DNA of 64,000 nucleotides from an uncultured bacterium (GCA_963717435.1 OY970332.1:960001-1024000); one strand, 5' to 3'. Numbered from the stretch's first letter, positions 8,478-19,837 are shown. The notes: generated by a model from the sequence alone, not told the origin. A program made the numbers and translations.

Positions 8478-11201
8478 CTATAAAATATTAAACTCTTTTA
8501 ATCTTCTATTAATCGATGAACGATTAACAGATAAGAGTGTAGCAATTTTGTTTTGATTTTTAAACTTATACCAAAGCATTGATAGAATCTTAGGATCTTT
8601 GATCGCTTTTTTGCCGAGTCTGACAGCTTCGACAAGTTCAGGATCGCTTATGCTGTATGCAGGGTCGAACTCAGTTGTTTCGTAAATCATATTTTTTGTA
8701 GACTTATCGACAAGCATCTGATGAACAATATTTTTGAACTCTTTTAAACTTAAAGATTTGTTAACATAAAGTCTGTTTTTATCTTTATCATTAAGCTCAA
8801 AAAGATTTTTGAAGGTTTGGGTTTTTATCGCTGTTTGCGTAAAGCCATCAGCAAGTTCGCTAATTTCAATCTTAGATAGATTTGTCAGTGACGGTAAACT
8901 TAAAGACATCTTCGCAAGCTCGTTATAAAGCTTTTCCAAGAATTTGCCCTCTTTGACCAACACTTGTAAATTTTGATTTGTAGATGCGATTATTCTTACA
9001 TCACTAAAATGTTTTTCGTCGCTCTTGTAGCCTTTATAAAATCCGTAAATTATAAAATCTGCTAACTGCTTTTGTGTTTCCAAGTTTAAGAAATGTATAT
9101 TTTCTATAAACAAAGTTCCTGCATTATTAAGTTTAGATAACAGGGGCTCGCCTGCATCGACTGCTCCAAGAAGTGGGTTTAGGCCAAATAATTTTATGGC
9201 AACCTCGTTATTCTTTTCAGGAGAGCTTAATTTAATCACATGCAAGTTTTGTCGCAAACTTATGTGGTGCAACATCTCAACAGTTGGTATCAAGTCATCT
9301 TCGGGCATATAAAGCAGAGTAGCTTTTTTGCTCAAAGATGTTTTGAGTAGTTCAATCTTAAAATTTAAAAACTGTGGGCTTGAACTTGGAATCAAGCTAT
9401 TAATTAAGCGGCCGGTATTTGTTGTTTCTAAGTATAATAAATAATCCCAAAGTGACGGATCTTTCAATACATCAAGCTGGGTTTTCAGGATATCTGATAT
9501 TTCTGGATAATAAACCAAAATTGTTATCAAGTTTGTTTCCAAACTTGGGACCCCGGCAAGAACAATTCTATTTCCGGTTAGATCTTTACTAAAAATCGTC
9601 TGGGCGCTTCTGTATTCTTGTACTTGTTTTGCCAATTTTTTAAGTGCTTGTGCTATTGGCTCGCCTGTTTGTTCATTCGGGTTTATACCAACGAGCTCTT
9701 GGGCTGCGATATTGGCCATATTAAATTTGTTGCCCTTATAAAATATTATCCCAATTTTTCTATCAGTATTTGCTCGCAGGAAAGACTTTATAGCCTCTTT
9801 ATATTGGTTAATTTCCTGATGCTTGCTATAAATTTCTTCTTTCAACTCTTTTTCTTGCTGGATTAGTTTATCCAGATCTCTACTCTTTAAAAGATTAATG
9901 GTGTTGCCAAGATAACTTGCAAATACCAATATTTCATCTCTTTCAATACTGCTAAAGAGCTTATCCGGCCTTGAATCTTTTTCGATTATTATATATCCGA
10001 CGATATTTTGCTTTTCAAATATGGGCAGGAATATGTCTGCGTTAATGCCATTTAGAAAATCGACTATAGCTGTTCTTGCACTATTTTCTTCATAAAAATT
10101 ACTGAACTCAATCTCGTCTTTAATTAAAACTTTCTTTTGCCTTAAGGTTTCTAGCACCAACGAATTTTCACTGCTATTTGCTAACAAGAAGTTTTCTACC
10201 TTTAGCGCTGTATTAACCTGATCGTTATGGTCCCCATCTTCCTGATGCTTATTTAGTTTTCTCAGATACAACTTTGTTCTATTTGCCGGTATCCCAAATC
10301 CTGACTTCAAGAAAGACTGGCTTATATGGGTCAATTCTCGCACGTTCGTGACTTTCCCCAAATCCTCCAAAATATCTTTAAAGTCAGTTATAAAGTTAAA
10401 ATTATGCTTTGCTTGCACATGGTCACTTAGATTTAAGAATCGCAGACCCATAACTTTGCTGGTGCAATAAAAAATGGTAAAAGTTAGTAAAGTTGTTGAT
10501 ATGCTACTGAAGCATAGTTACTAATCGCCAACCCAGATGATGATATGTGGGAAATATTGCAGTAAGTCTACAAAATGTATGGGACAATTAGATATGAAAT
10601 AAATGCCTTAACCTGGTGTTCTAGAATAACTGGCAAATTTCCAGAACGAAGTCTTATTAGAGACTTTATTGCAGCCACAACCATTAAGAAAATTAAATAT
10701 ATATGAGTTATTTTGGCAACAGAGAACTCCAGGGGAGATCATCTCGGAAATATGACACAAATTAAAATTGAATATTGCAAAATATAAAAAAACTAATACC
10801 AAAAAAGTGCTGGTTATTAAGAATGGGATGTGGCTGGGCTTTATTTTTGGTTTGGGTTCTACTATGTTCTCCAAAAATAATCCAAAAGATTGATATTGAA
10901 TTACAGCAAATGCCCAGGCCATTCTCACAATAAAAATATATAATCTTATATCTATGTTGGGAAAAAAGTTGTTTTTTAAAATTCTAAGAACCCAAGCAAC
11001 ATTACTTAACATGGCCCCAACAATAACCAACAATAAAATTTTTACTAGCCATGGCGCTCGTTTTGTTTTTAGACTATTTACAAGTAGTGACAGAAATATG
11101 TATGACTTCATAAGAAGAGATGCAATTTCGGCACAAAAAATGAATACAAAACTGCCCAGGCTTGCGTTAATTAAGTGTATAAAGAATTGAAAATCGACCA
11201 T
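8478..11201 (-). CDS. membrane-anchored protein with GAF-like region, degenerate sigma54-interaction (AAA+) domain and Fis-type HTH; frameshifted around 10500-10750
   Basis: GTLFIENIHFL, SDVRIIASTNQNL, GKFLEKLY and C-terminal IATLLSVNRSSINRRL; hydrophobic reading frames bridge ORFs 10608..11201 and 8478..10451. Confidence 0.7.
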
Positions 11202-11434
11202 ATTTGTTGATCTTTGTTTTTTAAGTAATTATAATTTTAACTAGTTTTTACAATATTTTTCAGGGAGCTCTTATGTATAATATTAAACCGATGTTCGGGT
11301 TCTTGGCAAATGCCTTCGTTCTTGGAATCATGTTATTTGGTTTTTCAGAGCAATTTTGTGCGCAACGAAATCCAGGTACTTGTACAGTATTTTTAGATTC
11401 TTCAGATTTTCCACCTATAGATTAAAGCTTTAAA

Positions 11435-12079
11435 ATGACAGATAAGACTCAGCTTGCCCTTAAAATAATAAAGCTATTAAAAGAAAAGACAAAGGGTATG
11501 CCGGAGCCGATGTCGCAGGTTTTGGTCTCAGAATATGGGCATGACCCATTCATAATCTTGATGTCATGCCTATTAAGCCTTAGGGCAAGGGATGTTCAGA
11601 CCTTGCCAGTAAGCCGGGAATTATTCAAAATTGCCCGTACTCCAGAAGAGATTCTGGCTATTCCAGATAAAAAGTTGGAAAAAATTCTTTTTCCACTGGG
11701 TTTTTATCACCGCAAGGCAAAAATCTTAAAAGAAGTGAGCCGTGAGCTTATAGACAGATTTGGGGGTAAGGTCCCAGATAATATGGAAGATCTGCTGTCA
11801 ATTAAGGGAATCGGTAGGAAAACCGCCAATTTGGTGTTGTCTCAAAGTTTTGGTATTCCGGCCATATGCGTCGATACCCATGTTCATAGATTGGCTAACC
11901 TGTTTGGCCTAGTTCACACTAAGACCCCGGATCAAACGGAGCAGGAGCTCATGAAAATAGTGCCCAAAAGATACTGGAGCGAGATTAATAGGTTATTTGT
12001 TATGTGGGGCCAAAATACTGGCCGGGGTAAGAATTCTACGGTTATTACGGGTTTGGGGGCAGTTGATAACAGGAAATAA
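11435..12079 (+). CDS. nth: endonuclease III (HhH-GPD DNA glycosylase)
   Basis: LLSIKGIGRKTANLVL HhH motif and VDTHVHR. Confidence 0.92.
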   Translation: MTDKTQLALKIIKLLKEKTKGMPEPMSQVLVSEYGHDPFIILMSCLLSLRARDVQTLPVSRELFKIARTPEEILAIPDKKLEKILFPLGFYHRKAKILKEVSRELIDRFGGKVPDNMEDLLSIKGIGRKTANLVLSQSFGIPAICVDTHVHRLANLFGLVHTKTPDQTEQELMKIVPKRYWSEINRLFVMWGQNTGRGKNSTVITGLGAVDNRK

Positions 12080-12161
12080 TCTGATAAAATAGTATATATG
12101 TTGTTAAATGGGGGAATTATCTCTTATAAGTTACTATTCTAAAATAATGGAGTTAAAAAAT

Positions 12162-12785
12162 ATGAAAAAAATATTAGTTTTGGCTGCTTTTGCGGCTCAA
12201 GTTTTTTCTTTTAATTGTGTCAAAGCTGATTTAAAAGAAACAATCAAAAACGCGTCTTATGTAGGTTTTGATTATGTTAAAGATATTTTGGGCTTTAATA
12301 ATCCAAAAGATTTGAGAAATTTAGTTGATGCGATAAGTCAAGTTGATCCTACAAAATTTAAAGAAATTTTGGATACAAAAACCGATCTGTCTGAAGATTA
12401 TAAAAAAGATATTTTAGCTCAACTTGATGCAGTTAAATCTGAATGGGAGAAAAATAGAGGTGTAATTGGTAGGGTATCCAATTTAGCTTCTATTTCAGTT
12501 AGGCTTACTATATTTAGTATTTTATTGTTTTCTGAAGTGTTGATCATTCTGGCAACCGGCGACGCAACCGCCGACAAGGCAACCAGCGACGATCAAAAAG
12601 TGGGTATCAAACAGTTTGCGATTCTAATTGCAGCTTGTGCTGCTTTCCCACTTTATCTATCAGTCCCGTCTATAAAATCTTTTAAGAAACTGTTTATTCC
12701 TGCAAGAAAAATCGGGCAGTTGGAGCAAATGAGAAAGATGGTTGAAGAAAAAACAGAAAAGACTGTCGAAATTCAGGCTGCTTAA
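12162..12785 (+). CDS. hypothetical exported/membrane protein
   Basis: Signal-peptide-like MKKILVLAAFAAQVFSF and two TM segments; GGAG RBS before ATG 12162. Confidence 0.65.
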   Translation: MKKILVLAAFAAQVFSFNCVKADLKETIKNASYVGFDYVKDILGFNNPKDLRNLVDAISQVDPTKFKEILDTKTDLSEDYKKDILAQLDAVKSEWEKNRGVIGRVSNLASISVRLTIFSILLFSEVLIILATGDATADKATSDDQKVGIKQFAILIAACAAFPLYLSVPSIKSFKKLFIPARKIGQLEQMRKMVEEKTEKTVEIQAA

Positions 12786-12836
12786 GCCCGGTTTTAGCAC
12801 AAGTCGCTAAAATTAGACTTGAAAAATAAAATTATG

Positions 12837-12875
12837 TATAGCTATGCTACTTTGGTAGTGTAGCTATATTTTTTT
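12837..12875 (+). terminator. Rho-independent terminator
   Basis: tatagctatgctac-tttg-gtagtgtagctata followed by a T run. Confidence 0.7.
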
Positions 12876-12899
12876 GTAATTTTATATAGGGATCTTATC

Positions 12900-13637
12900 A
12901 TGAATTTTGAATCTGTTAAGAGCTATTTGTTTATTATTAAAGAATCTTGGATCGATAATCTTAGGGCGTTAAAGCCCGGGAATCTGGGCAAGTTGTTATT
13001 GGTAACTTTAAAGGGAGCGGTTGAGAGCGTTAGGTCTTTATTGTTTTATCTTCTCGGGCTGCTCTTGCTTTTTGGTCTAAAAAACTGGTTAATCAAGTTT
13101 TTGCCCGTTTTTTTGAGATGTCACGCGGGCTTAATTTATTGTATTATCTTGGGCTTATTGTGCTTTAATATTGTTTTGTCTTTGAGATCTTCTGTGAAAA
13201 TTAAAGATCTCGAGTATTATCTTGAGTATCAAAAATATTTACTGCCCGGGTCGGTTATAATTTTTTTGTTTTGTTTAGTTGATTTTTATTTTGACATTAA
13301 ACTGTTTTTAATCCCAGTTTTGTGGCTATTGTTTTTAACTGATAGTGAGTTAAATATTAAAAACTTTTTTGTCTCTGCGTATCGAGCTATTTTGATGCTT
13401 GTTGCGAATCTGCCATTATTTTTAATTATTAGATTTGTACTGTTTGGGTTTATTAATATTTTAAAGTTATCGAAACTTGCAATAAAATATTTTGTTCCAA
13501 ATACAACTCTTGCTTTATCTGGCTTGGGCTTAATTGTTTTTTATATAATTCTGTATCTTGTTTTAACTTATTTTATTGCTCTAGTAAGCAAAATTTATGT
13601 CAAACGGGTACATGAACAGTTTAATTTATATTTTTAG
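12900..13637 (+). CDS. hypothetical integral membrane protein
   Basis: 245-aa ORF with multiple hydrophobic helices. Confidence 0.7.
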   Translation: MNFESVKSYLFIIKESWIDNLRALKPGNLGKLLLVTLKGAVESVRSLLFYLLGLLLLFGLKNWLIKFLPVFLRCHAGLIYCIILGLLCFNIVLSLRSSVKIKDLEYYLEYQKYLLPGSVIIFLFCLVDFYFDIKLFLIPVLWLLFLTDSELNIKNFFVSAYRAILMLVANLPLFLIIRFVLFGFINILKLSKLAIKYFVPNTTLALSGLGLIVFYIILYLVLTYFIALVSKIYVKRVHEQFNLYF

Positions 13638-13651
13638 ATATTAATTTTTTA

Positions 13652-13709
13652 TGGTTCGATACATTTTTCTACGCTCTTCGAGCTACGAAAAACACTCACC
13701 ACGAGCGGG
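13652..13709. repeat. REP-like palindrome, family B
   Basis: tggttcgatacatttttctacgctcttcgagctacgaaaaacactcaccacgagcggg. Confidence 0.8.
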
Positions 13710-13838
13710 TAAAAAATTAATTTATCACGAGTTCTAAAGTAAGTTTTTGAATTTTGGGATAAGCTCTAAAAAAATATAAAAAATTATATATAATATTGGT
13801 AGTGGTAATTGGCGTAAAACTTATTAAGGGGTTTTAAA

Positions 13839-14591
13839 GTGAATAGAGAAAATATAACTATTTTTACTGTTTTAAGAACTTTTTTAACTTATCTTTTGGC
13901 ATTTATTTTGGTTCTGATTTTTATTTTACCATGTTTTATTTGTACATTGTTGCCAGAAAAAATAAGATACGATAATAAGTTTTATTTCTGGTGTTTCTCA
14001 ATATTTTTTAAATTATTATTAAAAGTTTCTTTTTTGCCAGTAAAATTTTTCGGCAGATATAATATCCCAGATGGTCCGGTTATATTTGTTGCAAATCACC
14101 AGTCGGCAATCGATATACCGGTTGTTGGGGCAGTGATTGATGCACGAAAACATATCTGGCTCGTTCTTGAATATTACGCAAAGTTTCCAATATTAGGTTT
14201 TTTTGTCAGACGTATGTGCGTTACTGTTGATCGTGGAAATACTGAAAAATCTGCACGCTCTATTGTTCAGGTTTTGAGACTTACCAAAGATCACGATAGA
14301 GATTTGGTGATTTTCCCGGAGGCGGCCCGCTTTACTGACGGAGAGATTCATAAATTTATGCCTGGACTTGCAATGTTTTCAAAAAAACTTAACCGCCCAG
14401 TTGTTCCCATTTATATGCCAAATAATTACAAAATTTATCCACCAGGAAGTTTTTTGATACGAAATCATGAAGTTGTAGCAATTGTAGGGCAGCCATTTAC
14501 CTGCGGCGAAAATGAATCAGAAGAAGATTTTACAAACAGAGTTCAAAGTTGGTTCGTTGCACTTTCAGAAAATCAGGGACAATATAGATGA
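13839..14591 (+). CDS. plsC: 1-acyl-sn-glycerol-3-phosphate acyltransferase
   Basis: NHQSAID (HX4D), IFPEAAR and PVVPI motifs. Confidence 0.9.
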   Translation: MNRENITIFTVLRTFLTYLLAFILVLIFILPCFICTLLPEKIRYDNKFYFWCFSIFFKLLLKVSFLPVKFFGRYNIPDGPVIFVANHQSAIDIPVVGAVIDARKHIWLVLEYYAKFPILGFFVRRMCVTVDRGNTEKSARSIVQVLRLTKDHDRDLVIFPEAARFTDGEIHKFMPGLAMFSKKLNRPVVPIYMPNNYKIYPPGSFLIRNHEVVAIVGQPFTCGENESEEDFTNRVQSWFVALSENQGQYR

Positions 14592-15580
14592 TTTTTTCTT
14601 ACAGCTTTGCGTACCCAGCAGTTTTATATTTGGGTATACCGATAATATTGTTAATATCGTTTTATAGATTTTATTTTTATAAAAATAGTTTTTATAAGTT
14701 TAATTTTGTAAAACAGATAGCCCAGTATTCTGGTTCTAATAAATTTTTTTATAAAATTATCCCCTATTTATTAAGATTTTTTGTTTTGTTTTTGTTGCTT
14801 ATAGCAATTGCAAGGCCCCAAAAGCCGGATTCTAAAACGGTAACAAAAGTTGATGGGATAGATATCATGATGGTGCTGGATGTTTCTGGGAGTATGCAGT
14901 GCTTTGATGATCTTAAAGACAGACGAAGCAGATTTGAGGTCGCAAAATCTGAAGCAATTAAATTTATTAATAAACGTACAAATGATTCAATAGGCTTGGT
15001 TATATTTGCCAAAGATGTTGTCACAAGATGCCCTCTTACTTTTGATAAAAAGCTGTTAACAGGTATTGTGAGTGATCTGCAGTTGGGGCAAATTGATCAT
15101 ACTGATACGATGCTTGGCAAATCTCTGGTAACAGCGCTTTCACGACTTGAACACGCAAAATCAAAATCTAAAATTGTTATTTTATTGACTGACGGTGAGC
15201 CGTCGCAGGGTGATGTATCTGCTTTGGTGCCGATCGAGATGGCAAAAAAACTTGGTATTAAAATATATACTATTGGCGTCGGTTCTGATGCTGGCGGTTA
15301 TATTCAACATCCATATTTTGGTATTTCGCAATGTAATGTAAAAGTTAATACTGATTTATTGCAGATTATTGCGGATAAAACGGGTGGCAAATTCTTTTTT
15401 GCAAAATCGCCTGAAGATGTCGAAAAAATCTACGAGATTATCGACAGGCTTGAAAAAAGTGAAATTGAGGCCCCGATTTTCACTCGATTTAAAGATTACT
15501 TTTGGCCACTATTACTTTTGGGTTTTATATTTTTGTTTCTTGAAATTTTTTCTACAACAACTGTTTGGTCGAGATTATAA
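14588..15580 (+). CDS. batA: BatA-like vWA domain membrane protein
   Basis: IAIARPQ, MIDAS DVSGSM, LLTDGE and KIYTIGVG. Confidence 0.85.
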   Translation: MIFSYSFAYPAVLYLGIPIILLISFYRFYFYKNSFYKFNFVKQIAQYSGSNKFFYKIIPYLLRFFVLFLLLIAIARPQKPDSKTVTKVDGIDIMMVLDVSGSMQCFDDLKDRRSRFEVAKSEAIKFINKRTNDSIGLVIFAKDVVTRCPLTFDKKLLTGIVSDLQLGQIDHTDTMLGKSLVTALSRLEHAKSKSKIVILLTDGEPSQGDVSALVPIEMAKKLGIKIYTIGVGSDAGGYIQHPYFGISQCNVKVNTDLLQIIADKTGGKFFFAKSPEDVEKIYEIIDRLEKSEIEAPIFTRFKDYFWPLLLLGFIFLFLEIFSTTTVWSRL

Positions 15581-15582
15581 TT

Positions 15583-16584
15583 ATGGAACTTGCTTTTTCT
15601 TGGGGTAATTTTGGTTATATTTTTTATCTGGCCCCTGTATTAATTTTTTCATGTTTTTTATTATTTTATAATTTTTTTAATCAAAAAAAATATTACAAAA
15701 TTTTAACCTTTGACGGGCATTTTAAAGATTTGCTTGTAAATTTTTCTTTAAACAAAAAATTAATAAAAATAGTTTTGCTTGTTTTGGCGCTTCTCTCTTT
15801 GATTGTGGCAATAGCGCGCCCCGGCTTTGGAAAAACTGAAGAAAAAATTAAGCAGGAGGGGCGAGATTTATTTGTTGCTATCGATATTTCGCGCAGCATG
15901 CTCTCCAATGACGTAGGCCCCAATAGACTTGAGTTTGCAAAACAAAAAATTAAAGATTTAATTAACTCACTTAATACTGAACGCGTTGGACTTATGATCT
16001 TTGCAAGTTCTGCAATAATTCAAACCCCATTAACCACTGATTATCAGGTTTTTAAGTCTTTTTTGGACTCTCTTGATGTTGATACGGTTTCTTCAGGAAG
16101 TACCGATATTGGACAGGCCCTGCAAAAAGCTGTCTCTATATTTGAAGATTCGCCCGGCAAAAAAACTAAGTTGTTATTTGTTTTGACTGATGGGGAAGAT
16201 TTCTCGCAAAATCTGGAAGATATAAAAAATAAAATAGTATCAAACTCGATACATGTGATCACTATGGGTATCGGAACCGCTGAAGGCGGTCCTGTTCCTG
16301 TTGTTGGAGAACGTGGGAATCTTGAGGGTCACCAAAAAGATGAGCATGGCAATATTATTATTTCAAAATTAAATGAAAAAGTGCTTCGTGATATTGCAAG
16401 CAAATCTGGCGGAATATACTTGCGCGCAAGCAAAGATGACACTGATGTTAAGAAGATAAAAAGATATATCGAGCGATTTGAAAGCGAGCAATACGAAGAT
16501 CGCGATTTTAGTTTGCAAAACGAAAAATATTTTTATTTTGCTTTTATTAGCTTGATTTTATTGATATTGGAGTGGTTATTGTGA
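15583..16584 (+). CDS. batB: BatB-like vWA domain membrane protein
   Basis: DISRSM, PNRLEFAK, PLTTD, LTDGED and GIGTAEGGPVP; start uncertain (15565 or 15583). Confidence 0.85.
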   Translation: MELAFSWGNFGYIFYLAPVLIFSCFLLFYNFFNQKKYYKILTFDGHFKDLLVNFSLNKKLIKIVLLVLALLSLIVAIARPGFGKTEEKIKQEGRDLFVAIDISRSMLSNDVGPNRLEFAKQKIKDLINSLNTERVGLMIFASSAIIQTPLTTDYQVFKSFLDSLDVDTVSSGSTDIGQALQKAVSIFEDSPGKKTKLLFVLTDGEDFSQNLEDIKNKIVSNSIHVITMGIGTAEGGPVPVVGERGNLEGHQKDEHGNIIISKLNEKVLRDIASKSGGIYLRASKDDTDVKKIKRYIERFESEQYEDRDFSLQNEKYFYFAFISLILLILEWLL

Positions 16585-17537
16585 TTATTAATTTGATAAG
16601 CAAATTTGCGATTTTTGTTTTTTTAGCTTGTTCTACGATCTCTTATTGTGCGCAAGAGACTGATTATAAACTACTGGGAAGTAATTATGAGCAGGAGATT
16701 ATTAACGACCCAAATAACTTAGAAGCGCTTTATAATTTGGGAGTTGCTTTATATAAGCAGCAAGATTTTGATAACGCCGGTAAAGCTTTTGACCAGCTTT
16801 TGAATAATAAGAACTTGAATAAAGCGCAAGATATCCTTTATGAGTATGGGAATTTTAATTTGGGAAACTGTTATTTTCAGCAAAAAGAGTATCAAAAAGC
16901 GATAGACTCTTACGACAAAGTACTTGAAAAAAATCCCAATAACCAAAAAGCTTTAAAAAACAGAGAGATAGCAAAAAAGATGCTGGAAGAGCAGCAAAAG
17001 CAAGAACAGAATCAGGACAAGCAGGACAAACAAGAAAATAAAGATAATAAAAATTCGCAAGACAAAAATAATAATAAACAGGATCAAGAACAAAAACAGC
17101 AAGAGCAGCAACAAGAAAATCAAGATAATAAACAAGATAATAATAAAAATAATAAAGACTCTGGAAAGCAAGACAAACAACAAGAATCTGAGCAGAATCA
17201 AGAAAAATCTGGGCAAGAAAAAGACAAAAATAAAGATAAAAATAAAGAAAAAGAATCTGGCGAAAAAGAACAACAAAGTAAATCTCAGAATAAGTCTGGA
17301 GAAAAACAAGAGAATTCAGAAAATAGCCTAGAAAATAAGCCTGAAAATAAAGAAGCTGCACAAGCACAAGCTGCCGAAATGGCCGATAAATTTAAAGAAG
17401 AAGAGAGCAAACTTTCAGAAGCTGAGCAAGAGCTTGTTGCGGCTATCAAAGAACAAGAAACAGGGTCATATAAAAGATTTTTAAGATCAAACATTAAGCA
17501 TGATATGTCAGGAATGTATGGCGACAAGAACTGGTAA
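16572..17537 (+). CDS. batC: BatC-like TPR protein with Q/N/K/E-rich linker
   Basis: TPRs (ALYNLGVALY, FNLGNCYF), low-complexity linker, C-terminal KNW. Confidence 0.8.
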   Translation: MVIVIINLISKFAIFVFLACSTISYCAQETDYKLLGSNYEQEIINDPNNLEALYNLGVALYKQQDFDNAGKAFDQLLNNKNLNKAQDILYEYGNFNLGNCYFQQKEYQKAIDSYDKVLEKNPNNQKALKNREIAKKMLEEQQKQEQNQDKQDKQENKDNKNSQDKNNNKQDQEQKQQEQQQENQDNKQDNNKNNKDSGKQDKQQESEQNQEKSGQEKDKNKDKNKEKESGEKEQQSKSQNKSGEKQENSENSLENKPENKEAAQAQAAEMADKFKEEESKLSEAEQELVAAIKEQETGSYKRFLRSNIKHDMSGMYGDKNW

Positions 17538-19254
17538 ATTTTTATTACTGATTTTTTCTTTTATAAATATTTTTTTTACAAATATTTTATCACAAGATCC
17601 AAGAGTCTCTCTTAAGTTATTATCACCCAAGGGGATTCAAATAAAAAATCCCACTGAAAGTGAGACTTTCTTGCTTGAATTATCTGTACATGACGCGGAT
17701 ACTATTACGGGATTTGATATATCTAATCTTGATCAATTTAAAATTCGGGATCTTAGACGCGCGACAAACACTTCTATAATTAATGGCGTTAAATCAGAGG
17801 TCAAAAAATTTACATATAGCTTGGTTGCAGAAAAACCAGGCAAATTTGAGATCGGGCCGGTAACATTAAAAGCTGACGACAAAATAGTTACAGTTGATCC
17901 ATTTGAAATTACTGTACAGGAAAAAAGCTACGACGAGCCGTTTAAAAACTCTTCTGAGCCAGAAGCAAAATTAAAAATGTTAACCGACGGCAAGACTAAA
18001 ATATTTGTCGGACAAAAAATACCACTAAAAGTTAGATTTTATTACAATTCAGAAGATATCGCATGCGAAGCTATCTCAGATATAAATCCAGAAAATTTTA
18101 ATTTACTGTCTTATAGTGGCCCATTCGAGGGCTACGAGCAGATTGGCAAAGAAACATTTAAATATCTTGAGTGGGTTTATAATATTTTTGCAAAAAAATC
18201 TGGCAAATTAGTTTTGCCTGCACTTACCGCTGCCTATAATGTTTCCCGTTCAGATGACATATACTCGATAGCGCTGCGCATGTTTGGTGCTGCTTTGGAA
18301 CGCAAAATGATTGAATCTAAGCCATTAAATTTGCAGGTATTTGAAGTTCCGGAAAATCCAAAATTTGACGGAGCCATTGGCAAATTTACAAGTTTGATTT
18401 TGACTGCCACTGGAGATAAATTTTCTCAATCTGCTCCGATAGTGCTGAAATTGCAAATTGTTGGCGACGGCAATTTTGAAAATTTAAAATGGCCCAAGTT
18501 AAACCTTCCGGAGATATTTCGGGTTACAGAGTCGAAAAAATATTTTGAAGACGCAAGTAACAAAGTTACATTTGAGTATATACTTCAGGCTCTTGAAGCT
18601 GGGACATATAAAATTGGCCCTAAAGAACTTGTGTATTTTGATCCTGAATTTGAAAAGTTTGAAACTCTAAAAAGTAATAGCTTAAAATTTATTATAGAAC
18701 CTACAGCTGGGAATATCTCTTACGAAGACGAGCTTGATAAGTTTCTTGATTCTGAAAATAAAACTGCTAATAAGCCTGAATATTACGGATCTAAGTACAC
18801 AGAATATCTGTCGGGCTATTTTAAGTTGTCTGTTCTGCCCAACAAAATATTTAATATTTTATTTTTTGGGCCGTTAATTATTTTAATTTTATTAATATTA
18901 TATTTATTATTATCCCCAAATTACCAAGTTATTAAAGATTTTGTACTTAATAAATCTGCTTTTGGGTTGGCCAAATTGCGCGTCAGATTAGCCATGAGAA
19001 GCAATAGGCCTGACAAGGTTTATGACGCCTTTGATAAACTTTTCAGATCCAGATTGCCAAACTATTTTTTAGGTAATGCTGGGCAAGATATAGAAAATGT
19101 TTTAAACTTTCCTGACCAAAAAAATCAATGGCACGATTTTTACCTGGTTGTACTTGCTTATAAGTTCTCAAAAAATGGGATTAATTATCCAAAAGATTGG
19201 GTCTTTAAAAAAGCAATATACTGGATTAAAGAGTTAGAAAAAGCAAAAAATTAA
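17500..19254 (+). CDS. batD: BatD-like protein
   Basis: Repeated Ig-like BatD modules (TSIING, GKFEIGP, GAIGKF, GDGNF, YFDP) and a C-terminal TM. Confidence 0.8.
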   Translation: MICQECMATRTGKFLLLIFSFINIFFTNILSQDPRVSLKLLSPKGIQIKNPTESETFLLELSVHDADTITGFDISNLDQFKIRDLRRATNTSIINGVKSEVKKFTYSLVAEKPGKFEIGPVTLKADDKIVTVDPFEITVQEKSYDEPFKNSSEPEAKLKMLTDGKTKIFVGQKIPLKVRFYYNSEDIACEAISDINPENFNLLSYSGPFEGYEQIGKETFKYLEWVYNIFAKKSGKLVLPALTAAYNVSRSDDIYSIALRMFGAALERKMIESKPLNLQVFEVPENPKFDGAIGKFTSLILTATGDKFSQSAPIVLKLQIVGDGNFENLKWPKLNLPEIFRVTESKKYFEDASNKVTFEYILQALEAGTYKIGPKELVYFDPEFEKFETLKSNSLKFIIEPTAGNISYEDELDKFLDSENKTANKPEYYGSKYTEYLSGYFKLSVLPNKIFNILFFGPLIILILLILYLLLSPNYQVIKDFVLNKSAFGLAKLRVRLAMRSNRPDKVYDAFDKLFRSRLPNYFLGNAGQDIENVLNFPDQKNQWHDFYLVVLAYKFSKNGINYPKDWVFKKAIYWIKELEKAKN

Positions 19255-19255
19255 T

Positions 19256-19837
19256 ATGACTAGCAATAATACTAATAATAATATAGATAATAACCCAGCA
19301 ATTCAGGCACTTTCGGAACTTAGAAGGGCGCAACAAACCAGCTTTGGTAGTTCTTATAAAGCTATAGAATCTGAGATAGAAAATATTAAAAAATCTGCTC
19401 AAATTAATTACACGAGCCTGTCTGATGGGAGTTACTTAAAATCTGCTGCTTGGTATTTTCCGCCCGTAGCTATTCAGGCAGGTTTTTTGGCTTTTTGGAT
19501 TCTTAGTCTTGTTTGTTTTTATAAGATTTTTAAGTTAAAAAAAATTAAGATCAAATATTTGTTTATCTTTTTTTTGACAACTTTAGTGGGTGTTTTTTTA
19601 CTATTCGATCTTAATCAGCGCAAGTTGAATTTTGCGGTAATTAAGCGGGATACTCAGTTAAAATTGGGGCCCGACAAGCAGCATATTTCAAGAAAAGATT
19701 TAAAAATTTTGGACGAAGTTAAAGTGATAGATAGGGTGGGGGACTGGTATAAAGTTGAAGCTGATAGTATAATTGGCTGGATTGAAAACACAGACTTGGA
19801 ATTGGTTAATAATTTGGTTAATAATAATGAATTTTAA
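19256..19837 (+). CDS. BatE-like membrane protein with C-terminal SH3b domain
   Basis: Two TM helices then LKLGPD...VKVIDRVGDWYKV...IGWI. Confidence 0.7.
   Translation: MTSNNTNNNIDNNPAIQALSELRRAQQTSFGSSYKAIESEIENIKKSAQINYTSLSDGSYLKSAAWYFPPVAIQAGFLAFWILSLVCFYKIFKLKKIKIKYLFIFFLTTLVGVFLLFDLNQRKLNFAVIKRDTQLKLGPDKQHISRKDLKILDEVKVIDRVGDWYKVEADSIIGWIENTDLELVNNLVNNNEF

Noticed and set aside
16855-17367. Minus-strand hydrophobic ORFs (170 aa and 118 aa)
   Set aside because: Antisense shadows of the Q/N/K/E low-complexity linker of the BatC-like gene.
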